From contig JBCCQQ010000005.1 in NCBI GenBank assembly GCA_039024555.1, positions 32,001 to 96,000 on the forward strand: DNA of 64,000 nucleotides. The letters run 5' to 3'. This document shows positions 31,399 to 41,656 of this stretch, piece after piece; positions within the stretch are counted from its first letter, which is position 1; each line of letters starts with the position of its first letter. A model generated the notes under the pieces. The model searched no databases. It had not been told where the DNA came from and saw nothing but the letters and a program-made list of their open reading frames with translations. The position numbers and the translations under genes are program-made. The DNA is from Cyanobacteria bacterium P01_D01_bin.156 (GTDB lineage: Bacteria; Cyanobacteriota; Cyanobacteriia; Phormidesmidales; Phormidesmidaceae).

Positions 31399-31472
31399 TG
31401 TTTACAACTCCTAATGAACGATAAAGGCACCCCTGCAATATTGCCTGGATGCATAGGGGACTGAGTTTCGCC

Positions 31473-32030
31473 TTATTCTCGACCCAGGTAAGAATCGTTA
31501 CGGGTATCGATTTTAATTCTCTCGCCAATTGAGATAAATAAAGGCACCATTACCTGAGCGCCGGTCTCTACGGTGGCTGGCTTTGTTCCGCCTGTAGCCG
31601 TGTCTCCCTTAACACCGGGGTCGGTTTGAGTCACCTCTAGCACCACTGAGTTGGGTAGATCAACTTCTAAAACCTGGCCGTTCCAAGTTAGAACCGTTAC
31701 TTCCATCTCTTCTTTCAAGTACTTAACCTGAGGACCAATTTGCTCCGCTGTTAGGCGAGATTCCTCATAGGTTTCCATATCCATAAAGACATATTGCTCC
31801 GCCTCTCGATACGTATGCTGCTGCACGCTCTTCTCTAGAATTGCCTGGGGAACTGTTTCACCCGCTCGGAATGTACGCTCGACTACGCTGCCCGATTGTG
31901 CATTCTTCAGCTTAGTGCGAACAAATGCGGCTCCTTTTCCAGGTTTCACGTGAAGAAATTCCACAACTCGCCACACGGAACCATCAAGTTCAATGCTAGT
32001 ACCGGTACGAAAATCATTACTAGAAATCAT
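31473..32030 (-). CDS. efp: Elongation factor P
   Basis: [25 protein letters not shown]. Confidence 0.98.
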   Translation of the reverse strand: MISSNDFRTGTSIELDGSVWRVVEFLHVKPGKGAAFVRTKLKNAQSGSVVERTFRAGETVPQAILEKSVQQHTYREAEQYVFMDMETYEESRLTAEQIGPQVKYLKEEMEVTVLTWNGQVLEVDLPNSVVLEVTQTDPGVKGDTATGGTKPATVETGAQVMVPLFISIGERIKIDTRNDSYLGRE

Positions 32031-32172
32031 TGTGCTGGCAAACAGTAGGGTGATAGTCAGCGGTTAACAGTCGGCCATTATTGTACAGCTCAGTGGCCAT
32101 TTATATCTGAGACGCCCCGCACTATGGCAAGATCGTAAAGGTATATTTTGCCGTTGTCGTTAGTCACCAGCT

Positions 32173-33312
32173 ATGGCTCGTTTTCAATCCAGGTTTTTCA
32201 ATGCCTTTTTGAGTTGTTTGGGCGTCAGTCTCAGCATTTTTCTCACCATGGGTTGGTTCTTTGTACCTGCGGCTCAAGCAGTTTCCATAACCAGCACTGT
32301 CCTACCTTTAGCCTATTTGCCCCCTGGAGATGCAATCACTGACCCCCAGGCTCTACTACGCTATTCCCTGCCCATTGATAGCCCGGAAATTCGTAAGGTA
32401 CAGGACACCTTGGAAGGACTCAACTATGCATTGCGTACAAAGCAATGGGGACGGGCCAACCGGGAAATTACCAGAACTACTAAATTTTTTAATCGAAAAA
32501 AGCCAGCGATTTTAGAGGCCGTGATCCAAAACCAGCGGGAAGCGGCTGAACCGTTAATGGCTCAAATCGTCGCTCAGTTGGAAACGCTACAAACCGCAGC
32601 TAAGTCTAAAGATCTAGAAACCCTATGGTCTACACGCCGTTCTGTACTGGGCACCATTGGTGATTTAGAATTTCTAATGCTAAAGGAATTTCCCTATGAC
32701 GTTCCTGAGGATTATGACAACTTACCTCAGTTGAAGGGGAGAGCCACGATTGAAATTAAAACTAATCAGGGGCCAGTGACTGTAGTTGTGGATGGCTACA
32801 GTGCACCCGTTACAGCAGGTAATTTTGTCGATTTAGTTAACCGTGGTTTTTATGACGGTATGACCTTTGACCGGGCTGAAGAAAACTATGTGCTGCAAAC
32901 AGGCGATCCAGATGGTCCTGAAACAGGGTTTATCGATCCCAAAACCAATCTATATCGGGCAATTCCGTTAGAAATTTTGGTAGAGGGAGATAGTGCACCT
33001 ACCTATGGTGCCACCCTGGAGGAACTCGGGCGCTTTCTGGAAAAACCGGTCCTTCCCTTCAACTCTTTTGGTGCTCTTGCCCTAGCACGTCCCGAATCGG
33101 ATCCAGATGGGGGATCTTCTCAGATATTTTTCTTTCTGTTTGAGCCTGAATTAACCCCAGCTGGACTTAACTTACTGGATGGTCGCTACGCCGTGTTTGG
33201 GTACACCATTGATGGCAAGGATGCTTTAGATGTTATGGGGCGTCAGGGCGGCAAAATTATCTCTGCCAAGGTCATTGATGGTTTGGAAAACTTTGTCGAG
33301 CCCAAAGTTTAA
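32173..33312 (+). CDS. Cyclophilin-type PPIase (CYP38/TLP40-like thylakoid lumen protein)
   Basis: Helical N-domain then LPQLKGRA, DGYSAPVTAGNFVDLV..GFYDG, LDGRYAVFGY. Confidence 0.9.
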   Translation: MARFQSRFFNAFLSCLGVSLSIFLTMGWFFVPAAQAVSITSTVLPLAYLPPGDAITDPQALLRYSLPIDSPEIRKVQDTLEGLNYALRTKQWGRANREITRTTKFFNRKKPAILEAVIQNQREAAEPLMAQIVAQLETLQTAAKSKDLETLWSTRRSVLGTIGDLEFLMLKEFPYDVPEDYDNLPQLKGRATIEIKTNQGPVTVVVDGYSAPVTAGNFVDLVNRGFYDGMTFDRAEENYVLQTGDPDGPETGFIDPKTNLYRAIPLEILVEGDSAPTYGATLEELGRFLEKPVLPFNSFGALALARPESDPDGGSSQIFFFLFEPELTPAGLNLLDGRYAVFGYTIDGKDALDVMGRQGGKIISAKVIDGLENFVEPKV

Positions 33313-33327
33313 GCAAATCAGTGGGAT

Positions 33328-34314
33328 GTGCAGACTGTGACCACCATTGCTGATCTTGGTGAACAGAAGGTGCTGGAGCGGCTGCGGCAATTTTGTTCCC
33401 AGGTTGTCGGGGATGATGGTGCAGTGTACCCGCTCCCTGCCGATAAACAGCTGGTGGTAACTACTGATGTACTGGTTGACGGGGTGCATTTTAGCGATCG
33501 CACCCTGCCGCCTGTGGAGTTAGGTTGGCGGGCAGCAGCGGTCAATCTTTCAGACCTAGCCGCTATGGGGGCGATGCCCATAGGAATCACGGTTGGCTTA
33601 ACCCTGCCGCCCGATACTCCCTGGCCCTGGCTAGAGGGGGTATATCAAGGATTGTCTGCTTGTTTGGGAAACTATGGCGGTGCCGTCATTGGGGGAGATT
33701 TATGCCGCGGTCCCCATCGCAGTTTAGCGATTACGGCATTAGGCGCAGTCAATAGGCAGCAGGCACTCTATCGCTATGGAGCTGAGGTGGGTCAGACCCT
33801 TATTAGCACCGGAGCACACGGTGCGTCGCGGGCTGGGTTAGCCATGTTATTAGGGGAACTAGACTATACGCACAACAATGGCAAGTCATGGATTCTTGCC
33901 CATCAGCGTCCTCAACCTCGCTTTGATGCCATGGACGTCTTACGTAGTTTATGCCCTATGGCTAGTCGCATTGCGGCAATGGATACCAGCGATGGCCTGG
34001 CCGATGCAGTGATTCAAATCTGTTCCCAAAGCCAGGTAGGGGGAACCCTATTGAGATCGCAATTACCCCTTCCTGCGGGGTTGGTGGATACGGTGGGAGT
34101 AACGACCGCCACCCAGTGGACTCTCTACGGTGGCGAAGATTTTGAATTGGTACTTAGTCTACCCGATCGCTTAGCTAAAGCATTTGTAGAAGAGCTCCCC
34201 GGTAGCTGTGTCATCGGCTTTACAACGGAGGAGCCGATTGTACGTCTGGTGGATGATGTCACCCACGGCCCGGATCTGCTTCTAGAGCAAACCCAGGGAT
34301 TTCAACACTTTTGA
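33328..34314 (+). CDS. thiL: Thiamine-monophosphate kinase
   Basis: GDDGAV, VDGVHF, NLSDLAAMG, MDTSDGL, GGEDFEL. Confidence 0.95.
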   Translation: MQTVTTIADLGEQKVLERLRQFCSQVVGDDGAVYPLPADKQLVVTTDVLVDGVHFSDRTLPPVELGWRAAAVNLSDLAAMGAMPIGITVGLTLPPDTPWPWLEGVYQGLSACLGNYGGAVIGGDLCRGPHRSLAITALGAVNRQQALYRYGAEVGQTLISTGAHGASRAGLAMLLGELDYTHNNGKSWILAHQRPQPRFDAMDVLRSLCPMASRIAAMDTSDGLADAVIQICSQSQVGGTLLRSQLPLPAGLVDTVGVTTATQWTLYGGEDFELVLSLPDRLAKAFVEELPGSCVIGFTTEEPIVRLVDDVTHGPDLLLEQTQGFQHF

Positions 34315-34347
34315 GGTTCAACCCAAAGTTTCTGCCCCTCCAGAGGT

Positions 34348-35313
34348 TCAATAGATTTTCCAAACCTTCATGGCATAGCCAAACTCGCACTCGTCCGGAT
34401 GCAAAATCTCAGCCAGAATTTCTAAAGAGTCCACCAGTCGGGGGCCGGGGCGATTAAAAAATTGATTACCGTCCACTAAAAATACCCGGCCTTCCCGCAC
34501 GGCTTTGAGGGCCTGCCAGGGAGGTGAGGTCATCAGCTGATCTACAGCCTGACGACTTTGGTGAAGGTCGTAGCCACAGGGCATTATCACCAGCATGTCT
34601 GGTTCTGCTGCGATTAAATCTTCCCAAGGTAGCCAGGGCGAATGCCGACCCACATGGCCAAAGAGGGGATGCCCCCCAGCCATAGATACAAGTTCAGGCA
34701 CCCAGTTACCGGCCCCCATCAGCGGATTGGTCCACTCTATACAGGCTACGGTGGGCTGGGGTAAGGTGTCTGGAACTTTTTGTAAACAGTTTTGCAATCG
34801 CTGCTGCAGCTGGGTGATGGTCAGATCTGCGATCGCATCTCCATTCACTGGATCCAAGCTAACAGAAACCTGACGCAGGTCATCCCACAGATCGGCTAAT
34901 ACCTGAGGCTGTAAAGAAATCACCGTAGGTGGAAACTCAAATATCTGATCCACAGCCTTTTGAACATCAGCCAAACTGGCGGCACACACCTCACATTGAG
35001 CTTGGGTCAAAATATGGGTGGGACGCAGTTCCCGCAGCTGGTCCACATCGATTTCATAGACGCTTAGCCCCCGCTGCAGCAGTTCAGTAACCCGATCATG
35101 AATTTCTCGACTTTGACCTTCAGGATCAAAACTGGGCGCTGTACACACAGGCAGTGCCTGCACACTTGCCGGAAAATCACAGGAATGGGAGCGACCCACC
35201 AGAGCTTCACCAAATCCAAGTTGGATAACAATTTCAGTCGCGCTGGGGATTAAAGAAACAATTCGAAGCTCAGACATAGCAGCGCTGATGGGGCAGTGTA
35301 AGGGGTGAGGCAA
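34348..35313 (-). CDS. Cobalamin/Fe-siderophore periplasmic-binding-fold protein (BtuF-like)
   Basis: RIVSLIPSATEI, VGRSHSCDFP, FNRPGPRLVDSLEILA; probable start MSELR. Confidence 0.85.
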   Translation of the reverse strand: MPHPLHCPISAAMSELRIVSLIPSATEIVIQLGFGEALVGRSHSCDFPASVQALPVCTAPSFDPEGQSREIHDRVTELLQRGLSVYEIDVDQLRELRPTHILTQAQCEVCAASLADVQKAVDQIFEFPPTVISLQPQVLADLWDDLRQVSVSLDPVNGDAIADLTITQLQQRLQNCLQKVPDTLPQPTVACIEWTNPLMGAGNWVPELVSMAGGHPLFGHVGRHSPWLPWEDLIAAEPDMLVIMPCGYDLHQSRQAVDQLMTSPPWQALKAVREGRVFLVDGNQFFNRPGPRLVDSLEILAEILHPDECEFGYAMKVWKIY

Positions 35314-35399
35314 AATCCCGTTTCAAGGGTATCCCAGCTTTACCTGGGCCATTGTTACAGGCGTGTGAGGTTTCTGTAGATTTTTATGATTGTGCCCCA

Positions 35400-36323
35400 C
35401 TAACGAGGACGAAATTCCACTGAATTTGCCTGTAGAATCACATCGTAATTTTTATAAACATCATTGCCCAAAAGACCAATGGGAACTGCATCCCCAATGC
35501 TGACAGGCAGGTTAGAGCGCTGGATACCGCCTACTTGAATTGACGTTACATAGCCTACATCCACTAGGGCTTGGCTGCTACTGGCCGTTGCCACCGATGT
35601 TTGTCCTAGCACCTGGATACCCAGTTCATTGGCCATGGTACGGGGCAAATGGGTATGACTGGCACCGGTATCTAAGATCATGGGATAGGGGTTGCCATTG
35701 AAGGTCACCTCGATAACCGGAGTCCCTCCTCGGCGTTCAATAATCGGCACAACGGTATTGCCACTCACCGTGGCCAATGTCGACGGCGATGGGGTTGCTG
35801 CTAGGGCTGAATTCTGAGCTACAGGAATTTCCGATGGCGGTTGCTGCAGTATGGCTAGGCGTTGTTGAGCCTGGGCTAAATTTTGCCCATAGTTCTCAAG
35901 CTTGGTCTGAGCTAACGTATAGTCAGCATCCTCTAGGGTTACCTGCTCAAGTTTTTCTATGGCTTGCTCCCAACGGCCCACAATTAAGGACCAATCGTCT
36001 AAGGATGTTGCCTGATTCCCCAGAATTATGGCCCCTGACGCTAGATTGACAGCATCCTGATAAGCGGTGGATTTTGCAACCGGCGCGGGTGTTGATGCAG
36101 CTGGCTCTGGAGTGGCGATTTCTGGGGTGACGGCTGGAACGACTAAAGCATTGGCTTCGGACGAATTATTTGGACCTGAGTCCTTGGGCAACTGCTGAGT
36201 TGCCGACTCGGCCTGACAAGCTACGAGCACACTCAGACACAGAATTTGAATAAATTTCAAATGTTTTTTTTCAACCATGGTCCAAATGTTACCTATGACC
36301 TCTAGGATGGTACCGGTCCCCAT
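35400..36323 (-). CDS. Retropepsin-like aspartic protease lipoprotein
   Basis: Lipobox LVAC, MILDTGAS, GLLGND. Confidence 0.85.
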   Translation of the reverse strand: MGTGTILEVIGNIWTMVEKKHLKFIQILCLSVLVACQAESATQQLPKDSGPNNSSEANALVVPAVTPEIATPEPAASTPAPVAKSTAYQDAVNLASGAIILGNQATSLDDWSLIVGRWEQAIEKLEQVTLEDADYTLAQTKLENYGQNLAQAQQRLAILQQPPSEIPVAQNSALAATPSPSTLATVSGNTVVPIIERRGGTPVIEVTFNGNPYPMILDTGASHTHLPRTMANELGIQVLGQTSVATASSSQALVDVGYVTSIQVGGIQRSNLPVSIGDAVPIGLLGNDVYKNYDVILQANSVEFRPR

Positions 36324-36471
36324 AAATGAAATGGGCGTTGCTAATTGGGGCAGTAGTCTTCAGAATTCATGCTACCGAGCTTTTCAGTAGATCGTGTCCT
36401 TGATAAATCAGCAACGGTAAAGTTCCGCACTTTTTATTGGGTTATGTTCCCTGGTTTATTTGTTGTAGCTT

Positions 36472-37635
36472 ATGTCTATTTTTTCCACTAGTTCCCAACC
36501 GGCACTACTGGTGTTAGCCGATGGGTCTGTTTTTCGTGGCTGGTCTTTTGGAGCCAAGAGCACTGTGGTGGGTGAAATTGTGTTTAACACTGGCATGACG
36601 GGCTACCAGGAAGTGTTAACCGATCCTAGCTATCGTGGTCAAATTGTGACATTTACCTACCCTGAACTGGGGAATACGGGGGTTAATACTGAGGATGAGG
36701 AGTCGGCCGCCCCCCAAGTAAATGGAGCGATCGCAAAAAATATTTGTGAACGGCCCAGCAACTGGCGCTCTACCCAACCGTTGCCGGACTATCTAAAACA
36801 GCACAATATTCCAGGAATATATGGAATTGATACCCGCGCCTTGACCCGCAAACTACGGACAGTGGGTGCCATGAACGGGGCTATTTCCAGTGACATTCTG
36901 GACCCCGCTCAGCTGCTGCAACAGCTGCAACAGCTGCCCAGCATGGAAGGCCTCAACCTAGTGCAGGAGGTCAGTACGCCAAAGTCCTACGAATGGACTG
37001 AGGCAACCGTCCCTAACTGGGAGTTTGCCGATATGGCTGCTAATCAAAACGATCAGCCTCTAACGGTGGTAGCTATCGACTTCGGCGTCAAGCGCAACAT
37101 CTTAAGACGCCTAGCCAGCTATGGTTGTCGCGTCATTGTAGTGCCCGTAAACACTCCCCCCGAAGAGATTCTGCAACACCAACCCGATGGTATTTTTCTC
37201 TCCAATGGTCCCGGCGATCCGGCGGCGGTTGAATCAGCCCCAGAACTGGTCAAAGCGCTCCTGGAAAATCAGCTACCCACCTTTGGTATCTGTATGGGGC
37301 ATCAAATTTTAGGATTATCCCTTGGGGCTAAAACCTTCAAGCTCAAGTTTGGGCATCGTGGACTTAATCAACCCTGCGGCCTAACTCGACAGGTAGAAAT
37401 TACCAGTCAAAATCATGGCTTTGCCATCGACGCTGATACAATTCCTTCTACAGATGTTGAGGTCACTCATTTCAACCTGAACGATCGCACCGTTGCTGGA
37501 CTCCAGCACAAAACTCTGCCTATTTTTTCAGTGCAGTATCATCCAGAGGCTAGCCCTGGCCCCCATGATGCAGACTACTTGTTTGCAAAGTTTGTAGGTC
37601 TGATGCATGATCATCGGACTTCGCGAGTTGGGTAA
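36472..37635 (+). CDS. carA: Carbamoyl-phosphate synthase small subunit
   Basis: [40 protein letters not shown]. Confidence 0.98.
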   Translation: MSIFSTSSQPALLVLADGSVFRGWSFGAKSTVVGEIVFNTGMTGYQEVLTDPSYRGQIVTFTYPELGNTGVNTEDEESAAPQVNGAIAKNICERPSNWRSTQPLPDYLKQHNIPGIYGIDTRALTRKLRTVGAMNGAISSDILDPAQLLQQLQQLPSMEGLNLVQEVSTPKSYEWTEATVPNWEFADMAANQNDQPLTVVAIDFGVKRNILRRLASYGCRVIVVPVNTPPEEILQHQPDGIFLSNGPGDPAAVESAPELVKALLENQLPTFGICMGHQILGLSLGAKTFKLKFGHRGLNQPCGLTRQVEITSQNHGFAIDADTIPSTDVEVTHFNLNDRTVAGLQHKTLPIFSVQYHPEASPGPHDADYLFAKFVGLMHDHRTSRVG

Positions 37636-37805
37636 TCTAGGGCTCCATCAGCTTTAAAGACGCTGTTGGGAAGTCTCATATGAGACTGAATTTTAGCTCC
37701 AGGAAAACCCATTTACGTTTCGCTCATTTTTCTTGCGGTCAGCGGGATCCTGACCTAAAATTAAACGTCCGATTTTGCCGTATTTATGACCGTTAGGAGG
37801 TTATT

Positions 37806-38177
37806 ATCGCTGAATCACTGACCCTAACCGTAAGTTTAAGAGGCACCCGTGATGTTAGGGGAAAATGCCAAGTCTTTCGCCTCACCGGGCTTTTAGATGC
37901 GTTTTCAGAACCTACCTTTAAAAAGGTCCTGAATCGCTATATCGAAGAAGGCCCAACTCACATTATTCTCGACCTGTCCGCTATTGATTTTGTCGATAGC
38001 TCTGGACTCGGTGCACTGGTCCAACTGGTGAAGAAGGCCAAGGGGGAGAGTGGTAGTGTACAGGTTGTTACCAATGCTCGGGTTACCCAAACTGTAAAGT
38101 TGGTTCGCCTAGAAAAGTTTCTTTCATTACAGCCTTCCGTTGAAATTGCCCTTGAGAATCTCAACAAGGATTCTTAG
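37806..38177 (+). CDS. STAS-domain anti-sigma-factor antagonist, apparently starting at a non-AUG codon (ATC)
   Basis: Manual translation: (I/M)AESLTLTVSLRGTRDV...LTGLLDAFSEP...LDLSAIDFVDSSGLGALV...RLEKFL*; AGGAGG at 37795-37800; absent from the ORF track. Confidence 0.88.
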   Translation: MAESLTLTVSLRGTRDVRGKCQVFRLTGLLDAFSEPTFKKVLNRYIEEGPTHIILDLSAIDFVDSSGLGALVQLVKKAKGESGSVQVVTNARVTQTVKLVRLEKFLSLQPSVEIALENLNKDS

Positions 38178-38245
38178 GTGGCTATGTACAGCCCAGGGAA
38201 TGTAGAGTTCAGTGGGGTAAGTAGGCACATGTTGCCTAGGAATCC

Positions 38246-38695
38246 ATGATGGACGGTTGCGACCAAGCTGGCATTTCAGCTGACCTATCCGACCTTGCCT
38301 ATTTTGGGGTGACTGTTCCGTGTGTTCAATCACTTTCGCCAGTATCCTTGGCCTACATAGGGGATGCTGTATTTGAGCTTTATGTCCGGATGCATCTTCT
38401 CTGGCCGCCCCAGCGAATCCAGCAATTCCATCAGCAGGTGGTAAGTCGCGTTAAAGCAGAACAACAAGCTAGTTACCTAGCCCAACTACTCCCCCATCTC
38501 AACGATGCAGAAGCAGATGTGGTACGTCGAGGGCGAAATGGCAGTTCTAAAGCGCCTAAGCGCCTATCAACCAAAATTTATCGACAAGCAACGGCGTTTG
38601 AAACCTTGATTGGCTACCTCTACATTACCAATCAGGAACGTCTGTGGCAGCTGTTGAAAGAGTTAAGGGTTTCTGCAACACCTGAATTCAGCTGA
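38246..38695 (+). CDS. mrnC: Mini-ribonuclease III
   Basis: LAYIGDAVFELYVR, RRGRN, YRQATAFETLIGYLY. Confidence 0.92.
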   Translation: MMDGCDQAGISADLSDLAYFGVTVPCVQSLSPVSLAYIGDAVFELYVRMHLLWPPQRIQQFHQQVVSRVKAEQQASYLAQLLPHLNDAEADVVRRGRNGSSKAPKRLSTKIYRQATAFETLIGYLYITNQERLWQLLKELRVSATPEFS

Positions 38696-38742
38696 AATCT
38701 CAGTGAAGCGGTATGATGTGACTCCGCTTCTACTCCAAAGTC

Positions 38743-39723
38743 ATGGTTAAACCCGCCGACAACCGTCCTCGTCCAGATAGGGGAAAGTCTCGCCCGTCTC
38801 GTAAAGGGAAGCCAAAACTATCATCGAGAAAGCCATTTAAGAAACGTCGTCCCGCTCCCACTTCTCAGGAGTCTGCTAGACCGGCTCGACCTAGCCAGGC
38901 TCAACCCCTTGACCGGGAAGCTACTCTTCAGGAAGAGCGTCCAGATTTGGTCTACGGTCGTCATTCTGTCGAAGCTGCGATCGCAAATCAGCGACCTATC
39001 AATAAGCTTTGGGTTAACTCACGGCTGGTCTTTGATGGTCGATTTCGCCCACTCATTTTGGATGCAAAGGCAAATGGAGCCGTTGTTGACGAAGTTAACA
39101 CCCAGCGGCTCAATCAACTTACCCAGGGAGCTAATCACCAGGGAATTGTGGCCCAAATTGCCTCCCACAACTACATCGAACTAGCTGACTTAATTACCGA
39201 TGCTAAAGCCGCTTGCCGCCACCCGGTAATTGTTGCTGCCGATAGTATTACCGATCCCCATAATTTAGGGGCCATCATCCGCACCGCCGAAGCTTTAGGA
39301 GCCCAGGGAGTCGTCATTCCTCAACGACGTGCCGTGGGGATTACCCCAACGGTGGCTAAAGTCGCGGCCGGAGCCTTAGAAACATTACCAGTAGCACGGG
39401 TCGTTAACTTAGGTCGGGCTTTAGAACAACTTAAAAAAGACGGGTTCTGGGTATATGGAACAGCCTCGGATGCAACTCAAACCGCCCACGCCACCAAATT
39501 TGATCGCCCCATTGTCTTAGCCATTGGTGCAGAAGGGAACGGTCTTAGCCTATCGATCCAAAATCTTTGTGATGTTCTAATATCGATTCCCCTAGCCGGG
39601 AAAACCCCTAGTTTGAATGCATCCGTTGCTACTGGTATGGTCCTGTATGAGATTTATCGGCAGCGTTGGCTTGAAAAATTACCTACAATTAAGCTTGGCG
39701 GGGATCAAAATCACACTGTATAA
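38743..39723 (+). CDS. rlmB: 23S rRNA (guanosine-2251-2'-O)-methyltransferase
   Basis: [43 protein letters not shown] motifs. Confidence 0.95.
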   Translation: MVKPADNRPRPDRGKSRPSRKGKPKLSSRKPFKKRRPAPTSQESARPARPSQAQPLDREATLQEERPDLVYGRHSVEAAIANQRPINKLWVNSRLVFDGRFRPLILDAKANGAVVDEVNTQRLNQLTQGANHQGIVAQIASHNYIELADLITDAKAACRHPVIVAADSITDPHNLGAIIRTAEALGAQGVVIPQRRAVGITPTVAKVAAGALETLPVARVVNLGRALEQLKKDGFWVYGTASDATQTAHATKFDRPIVLAIGAEGNGLSLSIQNLCDVLISIPLAGKTPSLNASVATGMVLYEIYRQRWLEKLPTIKLGGDQNHTV

Positions 39724-39788
39724 ATGTTATATGCGCGGTTTGTTGGCTGCAAACACTGGTCTTTTAAAAAACAACAGGCTCACATTTT

Positions 39789-40058
39789 ATGAAAAACTTT
39801 TTGAGTAATCTTTTCGGCTCATTCTCCAAACCTTGGTGGGTTGAAATTTCCACTGCCCAGCCTCGCTGTCTTTACTACTTTGGTCCGTTTAATACCGAAG
39901 TTGAAGCATCCCAGTACCAAGCAGGATACATTGAAGATTTAGAGCAGGAAGGCGCTCAGCAGATTGATGTGAGTATCAAAAGCTGTGCTGCACCCGCTCA
40001 CCTAACCGTAATTTATACTGAACCTAGCAATGTCGGGTCACCAGTTTATCAAAACTAG
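39789..40058 (+). CDS. DUF1816 domain protein
   Basis: WWVEISTAQPRCLYYFGPF...GYIEDLEQEGA. Confidence 0.85.
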   Translation: MKNFLSNLFGSFSKPWWVEISTAQPRCLYYFGPFNTEVEASQYQAGYIEDLEQEGAQQIDVSIKSCAAPAHLTVIYTEPSNVGSPVYQN

Positions 40059-40115
40059 TTGCTCACTGAGCTTTGAGCGACTCCTCTCAAGCGTCACCGT
40101 TCAATAGTTTTCACG

Positions 40116-40171
40116 TTTTTTAGCGGCAAAGGGTTCCTAGCTATTTCCAGGAACCCTTTGCCGCTAAAAAA
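40116..40171. terminator. 23-bp perfect inverted repeat between convergent genes (probable bidirectional terminator)
   Basis: TTTTTTAGCGGCAAAGGGTTCCT / AGGAACCCTTTGCCGCTAAAAAA with 10-nt loop, followed by GTTTTTT. Confidence 0.75.
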
Positions 40172-40374
40172 GTTTTTTGATTGTATCTAAAAAGACAACT
40201 AAAAGACTTTTTATAGGCCACTACTGACACAAACTAGGGCTTTATGTCAGTGACTGTCGGTCAGATGTATAGCAAACTACCAGACACATTCAACCGCGTG
40301 CTTTTCACATAACGGTTGCTACCTATGGCTTTTAGCGAGCGCTGATATTGTCAACTATGGGCTCTGAGCTATCT

Positions 40375-41190
40375 CTAGCGGCTTGCTATAAACCTATGTT
40401 TTTGGAGCCACTGGTTTATATCATCACAAAGCTGAGCACCAATCTCCCAGGGCATTAGATGAGCGACATCATCGTAGAGTTTCCAGTCACAGTTGGGTAA
40501 CCCTTCAGCGGTTTCTCGACTAGACTCTGGGGTAATGTGCACATCGTTAGCGGCCGCTAACATCAGACAGGGTTGCTGTATCCGATAGAGTTCACCTAAA
40601 CGGTTATAGCCCTGCTTTAGGGCTCTGTTTAGGGCACGATTTGCAAAAGCAGAAGTTCGTAAAAAAGCGGGTGTACCCTCTCGGGCAATGCGCGTGTAGG
40701 CCTGGGGGGTGTGTTGCGAGATCAAATACCGGAAGAGTGAACGCTTTCCTAGGGTTTGAATCATCCAAGGCCAGCCTGGAGCAATCCAGTTCAAAATACC
40801 TGCAACTCCGGTAAAAAGATTGTCCTGCCAAGAGATAACAGGATGACAGCCTGCAGGTCTAGCTGCCGTGCCAATCAAGATCATGCCGCGAATACGCTCG
40901 GGATATTTGAGGGCAAGTTCAATGGCTAAAATCCCTCCTAGGGACCAGCCTAAAACTATACAGGGCTGGTCCAAAGAGCACAAAATCTGATCTAGATCAT
41001 CCAGATGTTGTTCCATGGTAAATGGACCGGTTGATCGGCTATCGCCATAGCCTCGCAGGTCTGGAGCTAGGGTTTGAAAATTGCGGGACAGGGCATCGGT
41101 GAACACTGACATACAGAGGCCGGTCCCTGGATGACCATGAAGGCATAGAACGGGTATACCCTCACCCCGATACTCAATTGCTAGCTCCAT
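40375..41190 (-). CDS. Alpha/beta fold hydrolase
   Basis: LHGHPG, PDLRGYGDS, GWSLGG nucleophile elbow, Asp/His triad residues. Confidence 0.9.
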   Translation of the reverse strand: MELAIEYRGEGIPVLCLHGHPGTGLCMSVFTDALSRNFQTLAPDLRGYGDSRSTGPFTMEQHLDDLDQILCSLDQPCIVLGWSLGGILAIELALKYPERIRGMILIGTAARPAGCHPVISWQDNLFTGVAGILNWIAPGWPWMIQTLGKRSLFRYLISQHTPQAYTRIAREGTPAFLRTSAFANRALNRALKQGYNRLGELYRIQQPCLMLAAANDVHITPESSRETAEGLPNCDWKLYDDVAHLMPWEIGAQLCDDINQWLQKHRFIASR

Positions 41191-41198
41191 GGGACCGT

Positions 41199-41603
41199 CT
41201 ACACGTCTTCCTTAGGAACAAAATCTAGGGATGCTGAGTTCATGCAGTAGCGTTGTCCCGTAGGCTGAGGACCGTCACCAAATACATGGCCTAAATGGGC
41301 ATCGCACACAGCACACAGGACCTCAGTACGAATCATAAAGTGGCTAAAGTCTCGCTTAGTAGCTACATTGTCATCCTGACTAGGCGCCCAAAAGCTAGGC
41401 CAGCCAGTGCCAGAGTCGTACTTGGTTTCTGAGGTAAAGAGTTCAGCACCACAGCAAATACAGTTATAGGTGCCGGCAGCTTTGTTGTCATGGTACTTAC
41501 CACTAAAGGCACGCTCAGTACCATGCTGACGGGTAACTTGATATTGCTCAGGGGTAAGCTGCGCTTGCCATTCTGTGTCTGTTTTTTGAATTTTTTCTAC
41601 CAT
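41199..41603 (-). CDS. msrB: Peptide-methionine (R)-S-oxide reductase
   Basis: [35 protein letters not shown]. Confidence 0.97.
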   Translation of the reverse strand: MVEKIQKTDTEWQAQLTPEQYQVTRQHGTERAFSGKYHDNKAAGTYNCICCGAELFTSETKYDSGTGWPSFWAPSQDDNVATKRDFSHFMIRTEVLCAVCDAHLGHVFGDGPQPTGQRYCMNSASLDFVPKEDV

Positions 41604-41656
41604 TGTCGTACTTCAGTCGTGGATTCAGAAGGTTAGTTACAGCTTCCTTAGTGATC

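Noticed and set aside
37806..38177. STAS gene as a pseudogene
   Set aside because: The reading frame and motifs are fully intact and a perfect SD is correctly spaced to ATC
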